Source: Octopus bimaculoides
Taxonomy: Eukaryota
Reading direction: 5' to 3'
DNA length: 33,251 nt
NCBI RefSeq assembly: GCF_001194135.2
Contig: NC_068985.1
Coordinates: forward strand, 117,748,575 to 117,781,825
Below, piece after piece: positions 32,777-33,251 of this stretch. A program made the translations under genes and the position numbers. How positions within the stretch are numbered: the stretch's first letter is position 1; every line of letters starts with the position of its first letter. The notes under the pieces are model-generated. The model was not told where the DNA came from, did no database searches, and worked only from the letters and a program-made list of their open reading frames with translations.

Positions 32777-33029
32777 CTAATGAATAATTGATTTAGGGAT
32801 AAAACATGTTTATTCATTTGTTGTTAATGCCGTTATAGTTAGAGGTGTAATAGCTGTTGTTTAAAGTCAAGATTGATTTTCCAGTTTTATAGAAGGCAAT
32901 AGCCAACCCAATCACTCAGCATGCTAAGCAAATCTTTTGTTAGACTCGTGCATATCCAACCCCTAGCTGTTATCCATAAGGCAGAGTACCAATTCCGACT
33001 TGTTGTGATGATTCGTATGGAAGATTACA

Positions 33030-33251
33030 TATATGAGTGTGTATGCGAGTGTGTGAGTGTGTGCGTGTGCATACGTATGTGTGTATGCATATATATATGT
33101 GTGTGTGTGTGTGTGCATACGCACATATATACATACACACATGCACACATATATATGCATGCATAAATATTCATATATATATATATATATATTAACATGC
33201 ATATACATATATCTATATATATATAAATATACTCATATATATATATATATA
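33030..33251. repeat. Compound (TG)/(TA)/(CA) microsatellite
   Basis: Directly visible. Confidence 0.95.

Noticed and set aside
8808-32817. Long ORFs in the track that span N-runs (e.g. 14150-15287, 23566-24306, 28235-29283)
   Set aside because: They stay open only because N codons and (TA)/(CA)/(GATA) repeats contain no stops.

Overview
This is eukaryotic, AT-rich, repeat-dominated DNA with nine assembly gaps (about 3.5 kb of N), most flanked by microsatellites. The SINE families and the density of di-, tri- and tetranucleotide repeats resemble octopus (cephalopod) genomic DNA; this is inference from recalled repeat sequences, not a database result. I find no confidently supportable host gene, RNA gene or CRISPR array. 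Almost all ORFs in the supplied track are artefacts of microsatellites or N-runs. The window is a transposon graveyard, probably intronic or intergenic. It holds 16 tRNA-derived SINE copies from three families, one near full-length but dead DD37D (maT-type) Tc1/mariner element, and decayed coding relics of several retroelement clades (Penelope-like, L1/Tx1, RTE, R4/Dong-like). It also holds a Helentron-like non-autonomous element and an unclassified repeat present twice. The items most worth a second look are: one SINE head+CORE joined to five different tails; two long inverted-repeat pairs that could form dsRNA, one with a skewed A-C mismatch pattern; a minisatellite born inside an RT coding sequence; a cluster of insertions at (AAT)n tracts; a 178-bp tandem repeat split by a SINE; and a few isolated exon-like segments. 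I cannot support a claim of a wholly new biological system.
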